Shown here piece after piece: positions 1 through 9,437 of a DNA stretch of 64,000 nucleotides. The notes beneath the pieces are model-generated. The model was not told the origin of the DNA, did not search any database, and worked only from the letters and a program-made list of their open reading frames with translations. Source of the stretch: Verrucomicrobiota bacterium (GTDB taxonomy: Bacteria; Verrucomicrobiota; Verrucomicrobiia; Opitutales; Cerasicoccaceae); NCBI GenBank assembly GCA_039818205.1, contig JBCBUK010000005.1, positions 192,001-256,000 of the forward strand, read 5' to 3'. Position 1 is the stretch's first letter; every line of letters starts with the position of its first letter. The position numbers were made by a program, and so were the translations under genes.

Positions 1-528
1 GGCTCACAGGATTTGATTCTGGATGAGCCAAGATACGTTGGCGGAGAAACCGCTAACCTGACGTTTCGCTACCTGACACCCGATGGACAAGAGCCCGTGA
101 TCGAGCTCGCCAGCAGCGTTGACTCGCGCGAATCAAAACTGCTGGAGGCCGATAGTTGGAGTACGACCACCGGACGCGGCACCGTCTCAATACCAATCAA
201 CAATGAGAGAGGTGACGCATTGCTTGTGACACTTTCCGGGAAGCCTGGCTTTGAACCGGCCGTGGTTCTCAATCGCCGCCCAGGCACACTCGAGGAATGG
301 TATGACGGCGTCGACCTCGACTACCTCGAAGCAATTGCGCTAGCCGGTAAGGGGCAAATCCTAAGAAGCGATGAAGTCCAAGGCATTCGCAAAATTTTCA
401 ACGAACAAATGAAAACCATCACCCAAACGGAACGCCGCGCACTTTGGCGACAAGGATGGCTACTCCTAGCGATCATTGGCCTTTACGCGATGGAGCTTGC
501 CCTGCGGCGCCGTTGGTTGTTATTATAA
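1..528 (+). CDS. 5'-truncated membrane protein; C-terminus typical of VWA/glutamine-amidotransferase-like membrane proteins found next to DUF4159 genes
   Basis: Frame is open from base 1. It ends LEAIALAGKG...WLLLAIIGLYAMELALRRRWLLL (C-terminal TM helix plus ExxLRRR motif) and lies directly upstream of a DUF4159-like gene. Confidence 0.6.
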   Translation, partial: GSQDLILDEPRYVGGETANLTFRYLTPDGQEPVIELASSVDSRESKLLEADSWSTTTGRGTVSIPINNERGDALLVTLSGKPGFEPAVVLNRRPGTLEEWYDGVDLDYLEAIALAGKGQILRSDEVQGIRKIFNEQMKTITQTERRALWRQGWLLLAIIGLYAMELALRRRWLLL

Positions 529-538
529 GGACGGTAAA

Positions 539-1324
539 ATGCAACGAATTAGTAGAAAGGATTTTGTAAAGAGCATGGCGATCGGTGGGGCGACGTTTCT
601 CGGTTCCCCGTGGACGAACCAGGTATTCGCCGACCAAGGTTTAGCCAAAGAAGCTCAACGCCAAGGCTTTGGAGATCCAGAAGTTGGCAAAGGTGCGCTC
701 ACCAATTGGGGACGATTGAAGTTCAACAGCGAACATTCCGAACAAAGTTGGCACGTCCATCCGCAAGGAGACATCAACCTGATTGGCGAGATCAACTTTG
801 ACCTTTCCACCAATGTCTCCGAAACATGGTATGTCGCCGATGTGGCTCACCTCGACCAAATGACCAAGTTTCCACTCTTGTTCATGCACTCGGAGTCACC
901 GCCAGTTTTAACCGCGGCCGAGATGGACAATTTGCGCGAGTACTTGTTGCGCGGCGGTTTTCTCTATGCCGAAGACTGCGTGATCGGCTACCAAAGCCAT
1001 CGCAGCCGCTCGAATAATAACGACTTTTTCTTTCGCCGAATGGCACAGGTGCTCCCGCAGCTGTTACCCGAAGCGCAATTTGTGCGCCTGCCATTGGATC
1101 ACCCGATCTACAGCTCCTACTATTCCCTAACTCAAGGGCAACCGCACATGCAAGGCACCGAACACGGTGGCCATGGTCTGATCCATCAAGGTCGACTACT
1201 AGCCTACCTCAGCCCATCGGATGCCCATTGTGCTTGGAGCAATGAACAATGGTTTTCGCGGTCGAAGACTCAAAGCGCCCTCAAGATGGGCGTGAACGTC
1301 TATCTATTCGCCATGATGCAATAG
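539..1324 (+). CDS. DUF4159 domain protein with Tat-like signal peptide
   Basis: ATG at 539 follows AAGGACGG. Signal MQRISRKDFVKSMAIGG is an RK variant of the twin-Arg motif. Motifs FPLLFMH, NLREYLLRGGFLYAEDC, LPLDHPIY and ALKMGVNVYLFAM are typical of DUF4159. Confidence 0.8.
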   Translation: MQRISRKDFVKSMAIGGATFLGSPWTNQVFADQGLAKEAQRQGFGDPEVGKGALTNWGRLKFNSEHSEQSWHVHPQGDINLIGEINFDLSTNVSETWYVADVAHLDQMTKFPLLFMHSESPPVLTAAEMDNLREYLLRGGFLYAEDCVIGYQSHRSRSNNNDFFFRRMAQVLPQLLPEAQFVRLPLDHPIYSSYYSLTQGQPHMQGTEHGGHGLIHQGRLLAYLSPSDAHCAWSNEQWFSRSKTQSALKMGVNVYLFAMMQ

Positions 1325-1369
1325 GCAGGGCTTGGCTTACGGGAAACGAGGGGTAACTCGCGCGCCGAA

Positions 1370-2362
1370 TCACTCGACTTTGGTGCGGTCGCGAAACTGC
1401 TGCGGAGTCATACCGAACTGCTTGCGGAAACAGTTCGCAAAATACTGGCTACTACCGAAGCCCACCGCCATTGCGATATCGGTGATGGACGTTTCCGCTC
1501 GTTGGCTCAAGAGTGTCCGTGCATGGTTTAGACGAGTGCGCCCCAGCAACTCAGCGGGTGTCGCGTTAAAGATATGTCGACAAGACGTCGTTAGGTAGCT
1601 CTTGCCCACCCGACAGGCCTTCGCCATTTCCGCAACGGACCACGGCTCCGCCGCTTTATCGATACTTGATTCCAGGCCCTGAAAAAACTGGCGGATGGTT
1701 TGGTCAAAACCACTGGAGTCCTGGCTTGTCTCATCGATGCCCTCGGACAAACGCTCCACGATGGCTAGGAGCAAGGCATTGATACTGCAGGCCAATTGCG
1801 CGACCACCATGGGACCATCATCGGCCATTCGTTCACACGTCTGCTCCATAAACGGGCGCAGCTGGTGCCCTCGATCGCTTAGATGGGGGCATTGGTTCTT
1901 GCGAAACACCCGCAACAACTCACGGCGCGAACGGACATCCGGGCCAATCCAATCGGCGAAGTCCCAAGTGCTTCGTTCATCATGCGCTTCGACATCGAGG
2001 ATCATCCAAAACAATTTGCTCGGGCGGATGTTCGGATCGCCCAGGCGGTGACGTTGCCAAGGGCGGGTAATCGTGATGTCCCCGGCCCGCAGGTTCCATT
2101 CACCAAAGTCCGTCGCAAAGCTGGATTCTCCACTTAGGAGATAACAAATTTCGATCCCCTCATTTCGATGCATGGGCAAACCCCAAGACTGCGGACCAAC
2201 CGCATCCCAGTAGCCTATAGTACGCAAACCTGGGAGCGCGTTCTTTGGAATGCGAGCTCCCGGATAGCTCCCACGGCTGCGGGCGGCCAAGGTAACCTCC
2301 CCGCGCTCGACGGCGTCAATGAGCGGATCACAGTTATCGGGTTCTAATTGGGCCTTAGCCAT
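1370..2362 (-). CDS. AraC-family transcriptional regulator (cupin sensor + HTH)
   Basis: Cupin motif HRNEGIEICY...ITRPWQRH and C-terminal SITDIAMAVGFGSSQYFANCFRKQFGMTPQQFR. Start placed at ATG 2362 so it does not overlap the divergent gene. Confidence 0.9.
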   Translation of the reverse strand: MAKAQLEPDNCDPLIDAVERGEVTLAARSRGSYPGARIPKNALPGLRTIGYWDAVGPQSWGLPMHRNEGIEICYLLSGESSFATDFGEWNLRAGDITITRPWQRHRLGDPNIRPSKLFWMILDVEAHDERSTWDFADWIGPDVRSRRELLRVFRKNQCPHLSDRGHQLRPFMEQTCERMADDGPMVVAQLACSINALLLAIVERLSEGIDETSQDSSGFDQTIRQFFQGLESSIDKAAEPWSVAEMAKACRVGKSYLTTSCRHIFNATPAELLGRTRLNHARTLLSQRAETSITDIAMAVGFGSSQYFANCFRKQFGMTPQQFRDRTKVE

Positions 2363-2414
2363 ACGTGTGTAAAATAATCCACGGACAAACCTGAACGCAA
2401 ATCGTTTTCCAATT

Positions 2415-2423
2415 TGGTATGAT
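2415..2423 (+). promoter_or_regulatory. Extended -10 promoter (TGnTATGAT); probable leaderless transcript
   Basis: TGGTATGAT at 2415-2423 ends 6 nt before GTG 2430, and no SD is present. Confidence 0.5.
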
Positions 2424-2429
2424 TGTGTC

Positions 2430-3275
2430 GTGATTAAGATAGGTTGTTTTGCCCTCATTAGCCCTTTTAGCAAACTGGAAACTCAGTTCGCCCAAATTCG
2501 TGCAATGGGATTCGATTATGCGGATCTCACTGATAGCCATGATGGTGCACTACTTGGAAACGAGTTCGGATTTACCGCGGCGGCGAGCCTGGATTCCCAT
2601 CCCGCGCGGGTTCGATCGATCGTGGAGCAGCATCAGCTATCGCTGACAGCGGTTTGCGCTCATGCCAACCTTCTGGACCCGACGTCACCGGACACCTTTG
2701 GAACGGCACAGATCATCAAAGCGATCCGTCTGGCCAAGGACCTCGGGGTCAAGCAAGTCATTACCACTGAGGGAGATCCCAAGACGGACTTCGGCCATGA
2801 CCTAACGCACGATGAGCGCATTTATACGATCAGCGACAAGCTCTACTGGCCGATTAAGTGGGCAAATGAGCTCGGTATTGAGCTGCTCATCGAACCGCAT
2901 GGCATCATCACTGACAGCGTAGAGGCAACCGATGAATTACTGGAGCGTCTGGGAAACCCGGAGACCGTCGGGCTCAATTTGGACACCGGCAACCTCTGGC
3001 TCGGCGGCGGCGACAACTTGGAATACATTGAGCGTTTCGGTCCTCGAATCAAACACGTGCACTGGAAAGACCTTGGCGACGAGTGGTCACCCAAGCGGGG
3101 ACAACAGTTTGGCTGCGGTATGGGAAACATTCCCCTCGGCCAGGGTGTCATCGGTTTAGAAGAAATCGCCCTCGAACTGAAGAAGCTTGGCTTTGATGGT
3201 CCGACGACCCTGGAGGTTTTTGGTGAAGAAAACGTCACGGCCTCCGCAGAAAAACTGCGGCAGTGGTTCTCATAA
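2430..3275 (+). CDS. Sugar phosphate isomerase/epimerase family (xylose isomerase-like TIM barrel)
   Basis: Metal-ligand motifs [24 protein letters not shown] and TLE. Confidence 0.85.
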   Translation: MIKIGCFALISPFSKLETQFAQIRAMGFDYADLTDSHDGALLGNEFGFTAAASLDSHPARVRSIVEQHQLSLTAVCAHANLLDPTSPDTFGTAQIIKAIRLAKDLGVKQVITTEGDPKTDFGHDLTHDERIYTISDKLYWPIKWANELGIELLIEPHGIITDSVEATDELLERLGNPETVGLNLDTGNLWLGGGDNLEYIERFGPRIKHVHWKDLGDEWSPKRGQQFGCGMGNIPLGQGVIGLEEIALELKKLGFDGPTTLEVFGEENVTASAEKLRQWFS

Positions 3276-3300
3276 CTTTAAACAATCGAAAAGCATACCC

Positions 3301-4626
3301 ATGAATACAAAGCGATCTCGGAGAGACTTCCTCAAGACAACCCTCGGTGCAACTGCCCTAATCGGGTTTCCAACGATCATCCCGGCGAGTGCACTGGGTA
3401 AGAATGGAACCGTTGCACCGAGTAACCGAGTAACCGTTGCCGTAATCGGTTGCGGTGACCGATCGAAATCCTGCTGGGCATACAAGAACTATGACAAGGC
3501 GGAGATTCTCGCCGTTTGCGATCCCTTTGCCAAGCGCCGCATAGAACGCGCCAAAGAATGGGGCGTGCAGGACCACTACGAAGATTTTCGCGATGTGCTG
3601 GCCCGGGACGATATCGATGCGGTGCACATCGTAACCCAGGATCATTGGCATGTGCCCATATCACTTGCAGCAGCCCGTGCGGGAAAGGATGTCTATTGCG
3701 AAAAGCCCTTGGGTTTAACCATCGAAGAAGACCTGACTGCACGTGAAATCGTAGACAAGTACGGTCGCGTGTTTCAATACGGCACCCAACAACGGTCCAC
3801 ACAAGTATGCCGTATGCCGATCGAGCTCGTCCTCAATGGACACATTGGCGAAGTAAAGGAGATCGTTGTCTGGGCTCCAGGTGGAGCCACCGGCGGCAAC
3901 GCCACCCCGGCTCCAATCCCCGAAGGACTCAACTATGACCTTTGGTTGGGACCCGCTCCTGATGCCCCCTATACCCATGATCGTGTCGAGGGTAAGGGGT
4001 GTTGGTTTTGCTACGACTATGCCATCGGCTTTATTGCCGGATGGGGAGCCCACCCACTTGACCAGCTTCAATGGTGGGCCGATGCCGAGAACCGAGGCAT
4101 TCCCGTGGAATATCGTGGAAAAGGAAATATCCCCACCGGAGGTCTTTTTGACACAATCAACTCTTGGGATGTCGAATCCGCTTACGCCGATGGCTTGAAG
4201 ATGCGGTTCATGGACACGGGCACCGTCCGTGGCCCCAACAGCCCCGTCGATCTCGACAAATTTGGCGCCGCCGATGCTGGCAACTGCACTCTCTTTATGG
4301 GCACCGAAGGATGGGTCTGGGTTTCCCGCGGCGTGTTTAAAACCTCCTCTGACGCACTCCGCCGCAAAGCCAAAGATCCAGGCGACATTCGCCTCCCCGT
4401 GAGCAAGCAACACATGGCCAATTTTGTGGACTGCGTCCTCACCCGTGAGCAACCAGTCTCCTCTTTGGAATCCGGAATCAAATCTGACATCATCAGCCAA
4501 ATGGGCGACATCTGTATCCGAACAGGCGAAACGGTTTCTTGGGACCCGGTAAAAGAAACCGTTGTCGGTAGCGATCAAGCAGTCAGCATGATGCACCGTC
4601 CAATGCGGGCACCGTGGACTCTATAG
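3301..4626 (+). CDS. Tat-exported Gfo/Idh/MocA NAD-dependent oxidoreductase
   Basis: Signal [12 protein letters not shown]; motifs [27 protein letters not shown] and GWGAHPLD. Confidence 0.92.
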   Translation: MNTKRSRRDFLKTTLGATALIGFPTIIPASALGKNGTVAPSNRVTVAVIGCGDRSKSCWAYKNYDKAEILAVCDPFAKRRIERAKEWGVQDHYEDFRDVLARDDIDAVHIVTQDHWHVPISLAAARAGKDVYCEKPLGLTIEEDLTAREIVDKYGRVFQYGTQQRSTQVCRMPIELVLNGHIGEVKEIVVWAPGGATGGNATPAPIPEGLNYDLWLGPAPDAPYTHDRVEGKGCWFCYDYAIGFIAGWGAHPLDQLQWWADAENRGIPVEYRGKGNIPTGGLFDTINSWDVESAYADGLKMRFMDTGTVRGPNSPVDLDKFGAADAGNCTLFMGTEGWVWVSRGVFKTSSDALRRKAKDPGDIRLPVSKQHMANFVDCVLTREQPVSSLESGIKSDIISQMGDICIRTGETVSWDPVKETVVGSDQAVSMMHRPMRAPWTL

Positions 4627-4627
4627 A

Positions 4628-6214
4628 ATGAACCTTTTAATCAGGCTAGCGACCACCGTTCTGGCAATCGCTCACACGAGCACAGCCTGGGCGGTGGACT
4701 ACGAGCTCTCCGACAATGCAACATCAGCCAGCGTTGCCGGAGAGACACTTTGGACCCTCAACCACGATCCGGCTGAGGGTAAACCCTACTTTCACCCACT
4801 CGCAGCCACCAACGGAACGGTGTTTAGTGCCCTGCGGCCAGAGGACCACCCCTGGCACCGCGGCCTCTGGTTTTCCTGGAAGTATCTCAATGGCATTAAT
4901 TACTGGGAAGAGAACCGCGAAACCGGTCGATCCGTGGGCGGTTCCACTCGCCTGATCTCAACCGAACAGGCGGTCGATGACAAACAATCGATCTCCATTA
5001 CACAAATCCTGGAATATGCTCCCACGACCGATGCGCCAGCGATCCTTGACGAAGCCCGCGTGATTTCGGTCTCAGCTCCCGATAAGCAAGGAGCCTATTT
5101 CATCGACTGGCAATCTGAGTTCACCGCACGTGGCGAAGACGTACTGATCGACCGAACACCGATTATCGGTGAACCCAACGGCAAGCCATTTGGTGGTTAC
5201 GCCGGCCTGTCCGTTCGCATGAATCACGAGATGCGCCAAGGGACCTTCACTTCAAGCAATGGATCCATCGGCAAAGCAAACCATGGCCAGGTGTCGCCAT
5301 GGATCGCGTACGGGAACGCTCAAGGACCCAGCCTTCTGTTCATGGATCACCCAGACAACTTGCGCCATCCATCGCATTGGTATGTCAGCCCCGGCATGCC
5401 GTATTTCAGCCCGGCGCCCGTGTTTAACTCTCCCTATGAACTGAATGCGGGAGAGACCTTGAACTTAAACTATCGAGTATTGATCAGCCCACAACCGATG
5501 AGCAGCGAAAAAGCAAACCAAGCCTGGGAGAATTGGGCGCGCCAAAGTGCCGCAAAGAAAACAACGGTCGCAATCCTAACCGGTTCAAACAACCATGCCT
5601 GGGAGAAAACAACGGTGGTACTGACCGAAATTCTAGAAAACTCGGATTCGTGCCAAGTGGAAGTCATTTTAGATCCAGAAGAACTCACCTCGGAGAAGTT
5701 ATCCGAGTTCGACGTCTTGCTTAGCAACTGGAATGCCTTTGGGAAGAAAACCCAAGCAGGTCCCTGGAGCGAAAAACTCAAGCAAGCCTACCTCGACTAC
5801 GTTCGTAATGGCGGTGGACACGTCGTTGTGCATGCCGGATCGGCCTCCCATTATGGCTGGGAAGACTACCATCGCGTTGCATTGGCCACTTGGGGTAAGG
5901 GAACCGGCCACAAAGAGAAACATGAGTTTCCGGTCCGAATGGTAGACAAAAGCCATCCAGCAATTCAAGGCATTGAAGACTTTAGGATTCACGATGAACT
6001 GTGGTTCCGGCCGGTCGTTCAGGACGATGCGACCGTTCTTGCAGAGGTCTATTCGAAGACTACGGGCGAATGGGAGCCGACCGTTTTTGTCGGCCAGTTT
6101 GGCGAGGGCCGCACCTACACTATTTTACTGGGCGACAATGCTTGGAGCATGAAAAACGGCGGCTTTCAGAGCTTGCTGACCCAGGGGGTAATCTGGGCAG
6201 GAAACAACCGATAG
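4628..6214 (+). CDS. Secreted fusion of a PmoA-like (PF14100-type, not methane monooxygenase) domain and a ThuA-like domain
   Basis: Signal peptide. N-domain has KPYFHPL...DHPWHRGLWF...GGYAGLSVR...MDHPDN. C-domain has ILTGSNNHAW...GGGHVVVH...HPAIQG...DELW...GEGRTYTILLG. Confidence 0.8.
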   Translation: MNLLIRLATTVLAIAHTSTAWAVDYELSDNATSASVAGETLWTLNHDPAEGKPYFHPLAATNGTVFSALRPEDHPWHRGLWFSWKYLNGINYWEENRETGRSVGGSTRLISTEQAVDDKQSISITQILEYAPTTDAPAILDEARVISVSAPDKQGAYFIDWQSEFTARGEDVLIDRTPIIGEPNGKPFGGYAGLSVRMNHEMRQGTFTSSNGSIGKANHGQVSPWIAYGNAQGPSLLFMDHPDNLRHPSHWYVSPGMPYFSPAPVFNSPYELNAGETLNLNYRVLISPQPMSSEKANQAWENWARQSAAKKTTVAILTGSNNHAWEKTTVVLTEILENSDSCQVEVILDPEELTSEKLSEFDVLLSNWNAFGKKTQAGPWSEKLKQAYLDYVRNGGGHVVVHAGSASHYGWEDYHRVALATWGKGTGHKEKHEFPVRMVDKSHPAIQGIEDFRIHDELWFRPVVQDDATVLAEVYSKTTGEWEPTVFVGQFGEGRTYTILLGDNAWSMKNGGFQSLLTQGVIWAGNNR

Positions 6215-6511
6215 GGCGCACAACGACGGCTTGAAACAAGCAAGTCTCACCCGTATGCCAAAACTGCAACATTCCATTTTATACATTAAATCAGAAAACT
6301 CAGGCAGACCAAAAAATACATAAACAAGCCCTTTATATGCATAAATAAAGCCGTATTGGGGTTTTTACATATTTTTACTAAAGAACAAAATTTACATATT
6401 TAGGCAGAAGGTTCTAGATGCTCCCCGAGAATCAAATCTCATTCCGTGAGCAACTAGCAAGGTTCACAAAAACCGTTCTTTTCCGAAATAGTGTTAATTT
6501 AGTTCAATACA

Positions 6512-9346
6512 ATGGAACATAAGATATGTCTTCTTAGCCCCCTAAGATTGTTACCATTTGTTTTCTGCTTGCTCTCTACCATACTGTCAATTTCACCGTC
6601 GATCCGAGCCGAAGTCGTCGACGTTGATGTTAATCTGAACATCCGTCACGATGTTGGCGGCATCGACCAGTTTGATCGCGAAAAATACATCCAGATTCAC
6701 GATGGAGCAGCGTTCGATGAGAACTGGGACCTGAACGCACCGGGAACCCAATTTCTCGAAGAGTACGACGTCTACGTGGGTCGCAACATGGGCGCTTTCC
6801 CATACAACCTGTCGCAGATTGCGGAGGATCCCAATAACCCGGGCTGGGTTGATCCTACCAGCGTCGCAGCGATTGGAACCACGCGCAAGGCGAACTACGC
6901 GAAAGACACCGCGCGGCACGCCTTGGAACATCGTGCTAATATTGTTTTTGGCGGGCAAATGCCGATGTACCCGAATGGCCAGATCAATGGTGATGGATGG
7001 GCTCTCGCAGACTACGACGCATTCGCCGACTACATTTCGCGGATCTTCACGGAGTCATTCGGTACTGGTGGCCTAACCGGCGAACCCAAACCTCAAATCC
7101 TTGAGGTCCTAAACGAACCATTCGTAAAGGCCACCCAGTATGGTACGACACGGGCCAATATCTCGGAACTGCACCGCGTCGTTGCGCTAAAAATGAAAAC
7201 GGATCACCCGGATGTTCTCGTCGGCGGTTACAGCGCGGCTCACCCGGAATACGAAGGCAACAATTTTGTCCACTGGGAAAACAACTGGAAGACCTTCATC
7301 GATATTGCAGGCGAACACATGGACTACTTTTCACTGCACCTGTATGATAACTATCAAGGCAGCTCTGAGACGTTTTACTACGAGCCAATCTACCGCAGCG
7401 GCAGCAACATCGAGGCAATCCTCGATATGGTCGAGCAGTACAGCTTCATCGCGCTGAGTGAGGTCAAACCGTTCAACATTACCGAGTATGGGGCACTGCC
7501 CTATTCTGGCGACCATCCCTATGCAAAAACCCATGACTGGCCGCACCTCGCAGCATTCAACAAGATCATGATGCAGCTACTCGAGCGACCCGATCGCATT
7601 ATGCAAGCCATCCCTTTCATTGTTCTGAGCGCCGAGTGGGGGCGCAACCAGGTGAGTGGCAATCCATACGGACCACGCCTCATTCGCCAACAGTTTGAAG
7701 TTCCGGGAGAAACCGGCAACGCCTGGGTGTTCACCGAGTTTGTAAAGTTCTACGAGATGTGGCGGGGCGTTAACGGGACTCGAGTCGAGACCTATGCCAC
7801 CGATCCCGACCTTCAGGTCGATGCCTACGTTGATGGCAATGAGGTCTACGTCATCCTAAACTCATTGGATCATATGGGCATTCAAACCGTGGACCTGAAC
7901 CTATTCGGAACAAGGGCAAATCGAATCCAATCCATCGATGTAAAACACCTCTACGCGAATGCTATTGGGGAACCCATCATTGACCAAACCACGGTCGACA
8001 CGGTTACGGAAGTAACCCTGCAGCCTTCCGCCACAATGATTTTGAAATATACCTTCGACGGTGCGATTTTGCAGAACCAGACATGCTCGGAGTCCAAATA
8101 CTATGCGACCACCTATCTCGCTCCGATTACCGCCGACACACCAATCGTTGTAAACATCAACGACGTGACGACCACGACACTGGATGGAGAAGTCGTACTC
8201 CGCGTTGGCATGGGACGCGACCACGGCAGCAGCCTCCAACCAACAATCCTATTTAATGGAACACCGGTTGAGGTGCCGCTTGATTGGCGGGGCGCAGACC
8301 AATCGACCCGCAACCAGTTCTTTGGGGTACTCGAGATCCCGGTCCCCTATGAATCACTGCAAACAAACAACTCAGTCTCGATTCAATTCCCCGACACTGG
8401 AGGCCACATTAGCAGCGTCTCGATTCAGGTTTTCGAATTCAGTGCACCCATTGAGCGCACCCTGGAGCCAGCCCTTCCAATTACAACCTTCGAGTTCAGC
8501 CCACCAAACAACCTTCAATTGGGTGTCGCCGATGGACTGCCTGATGGATACTTCGCGATTGAGACGACGAACAACCTCAACGCCCCGTGGACGCTTCACA
8601 GCGAAGGCCTCGACCTCGATGCTCAGGGAAATGGCTCGACCCAAATCTCGGTTAGCGACAACCGCTGGTTTCTCCGTGTCCGCGAAAGTGGCCCAGCGCC
8701 AATTCCCACCACAGGATTCAGCATCTTCCCGAACTCCGATATCGTTGGCGTCGGTGGCTTCCACCACCCGCTACCGCAGTTCCTCCCAATCACTGCGACC
8801 AATAAAAACCTCCAGTGGGTGAGTAGCGATCCGTCGGTCGCTTCAGTCGCTCCCAATGGGTGGGTCGTTGGCCTCGAAGCCGGGAGCACGACCATTACCG
8901 CAACTACCCAAGACGGCGGGTTCAATGGAAGCTACACGCTGACGGTTGGCTCAAGCACACCATCGATCAATTTCGACAGCCGAAACAATTATACTAACCA
9001 AGTATTTCATCCGGGTGGCCAGCTTACCGTCCGTTGCCAGTACGATGCAGGCGAAGGCTTTTCGGTGACCGATACGGCGGGTGGCATCAAATACTTCCTA
9101 CGCGAAGTACGCAGCGATTGGTCGGTGGCAAATGACTACGTTGTGGATGATCCATCGGTAATCGGGACGCAAGCAGGAGCCTCTACCGCTACGATCCCCC
9201 TACCCCTTGACCTACCGCTAACCGCGGACCTGCCAGACGGAAACTTCTACTTCTTGTTCATCCTGTTCCACAACGATGATCCAATGGCGACGTCAACGGT
9301 GAACATTGGGGTCCGGCCAATCATTATTGCCGATCCAGAAGTATAG
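6512..9346 (+). CDS. GH86-like beta-agarase/beta-porphyranase with Ig-like (Big_2) and uncharacterised C-terminal domains
   Basis: Signal peptide; N-terminus VDVNLNIRHDVGGIDQFDREKY; clan GH-A acid/base LEVLNEPF and nucleophile ITEYG; beta-sandwich PLDWRGADQ..RNQFFGVLEIPVP; Big_2 motif ATNKNLQWVSSDPSVASV...TTITATTQDGG. Confidence 0.85.
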   Translation: MEHKICLLSPLRLLPFVFCLLSTILSISPSIRAEVVDVDVNLNIRHDVGGIDQFDREKYIQIHDGAAFDENWDLNAPGTQFLEEYDVYVGRNMGAFPYNLSQIAEDPNNPGWVDPTSVAAIGTTRKANYAKDTARHALEHRANIVFGGQMPMYPNGQINGDGWALADYDAFADYISRIFTESFGTGGLTGEPKPQILEVLNEPFVKATQYGTTRANISELHRVVALKMKTDHPDVLVGGYSAAHPEYEGNNFVHWENNWKTFIDIAGEHMDYFSLHLYDNYQGSSETFYYEPIYRSGSNIEAILDMVEQYSFIALSEVKPFNITEYGALPYSGDHPYAKTHDWPHLAAFNKIMMQLLERPDRIMQAIPFIVLSAEWGRNQVSGNPYGPRLIRQQFEVPGETGNAWVFTEFVKFYEMWRGVNGTRVETYATDPDLQVDAYVDGNEVYVILNSLDHMGIQTVDLNLFGTRANRIQSIDVKHLYANAIGEPIIDQTTVDTVTEVTLQPSATMILKYTFDGAILQNQTCSESKYYATTYLAPITADTPIVVNINDVTTTTLDGEVVLRVGMGRDHGSSLQPTILFNGTPVEVPLDWRGADQSTRNQFFGVLEIPVPYESLQTNNSVSIQFPDTGGHISSVSIQVFEFSAPIERTLEPALPITTFEFSPPNNLQLGVADGLPDGYFAIETTNNLNAPWTLHSEGLDLDAQGNGSTQISVSDNRWFLRVRESGPAPIPTTGFSIFPNSDIVGVGGFHHPLPQFLPITATNKNLQWVSSDPSVASVAPNGWVVGLEAGSTTITATTQDGGFNGSYTLTVGSSTPSINFDSRNNYTNQVFHPGGQLTVRCQYDAGEGFSVTDTAGGIKYFLREVRSDWSVANDYVVDDPSVIGTQAGASTATIPLPLDLPLTADLPDGNFYFLFILFHNDDPMATSTVNIGVRPIIIADPEV

Positions 9347-9437
9347 GACCTTGAACTGATTCGGTGACATCCGCGCGGCTTCAATAAAACAAGCCATTCT
9401 CAATCGCTTTAGGCCGGGCAACAGTTCGTTGCCCGGT

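Noticed and set aside
3715..4596. Long antisense or alternate-frame ORFs (e.g. 3715-4596, 8184-8822, 10866-11573, 13015-13767, 22079-22756, 60408-61088)
   Set aside because: They lie entirely within well-supported genes and carry no recognisable motifs, as expected for shadow ORFs.
4628..5540. Methane monooxygenase function for the PmoA-like domain
   Set aside because: This is a soluble secreted domain with no multi-TM topology and no pmoB/pmoC neighbours; the family name is misleading.
6364..6401. TTTACATATTT direct repeat and scattered TTTACAC words upstream of several genes as a regulon motif
   Set aside because: These are short AT-rich words in AT-rich DNA and could simply be -35-like hexamers; not distinguishable from chance without statistics.
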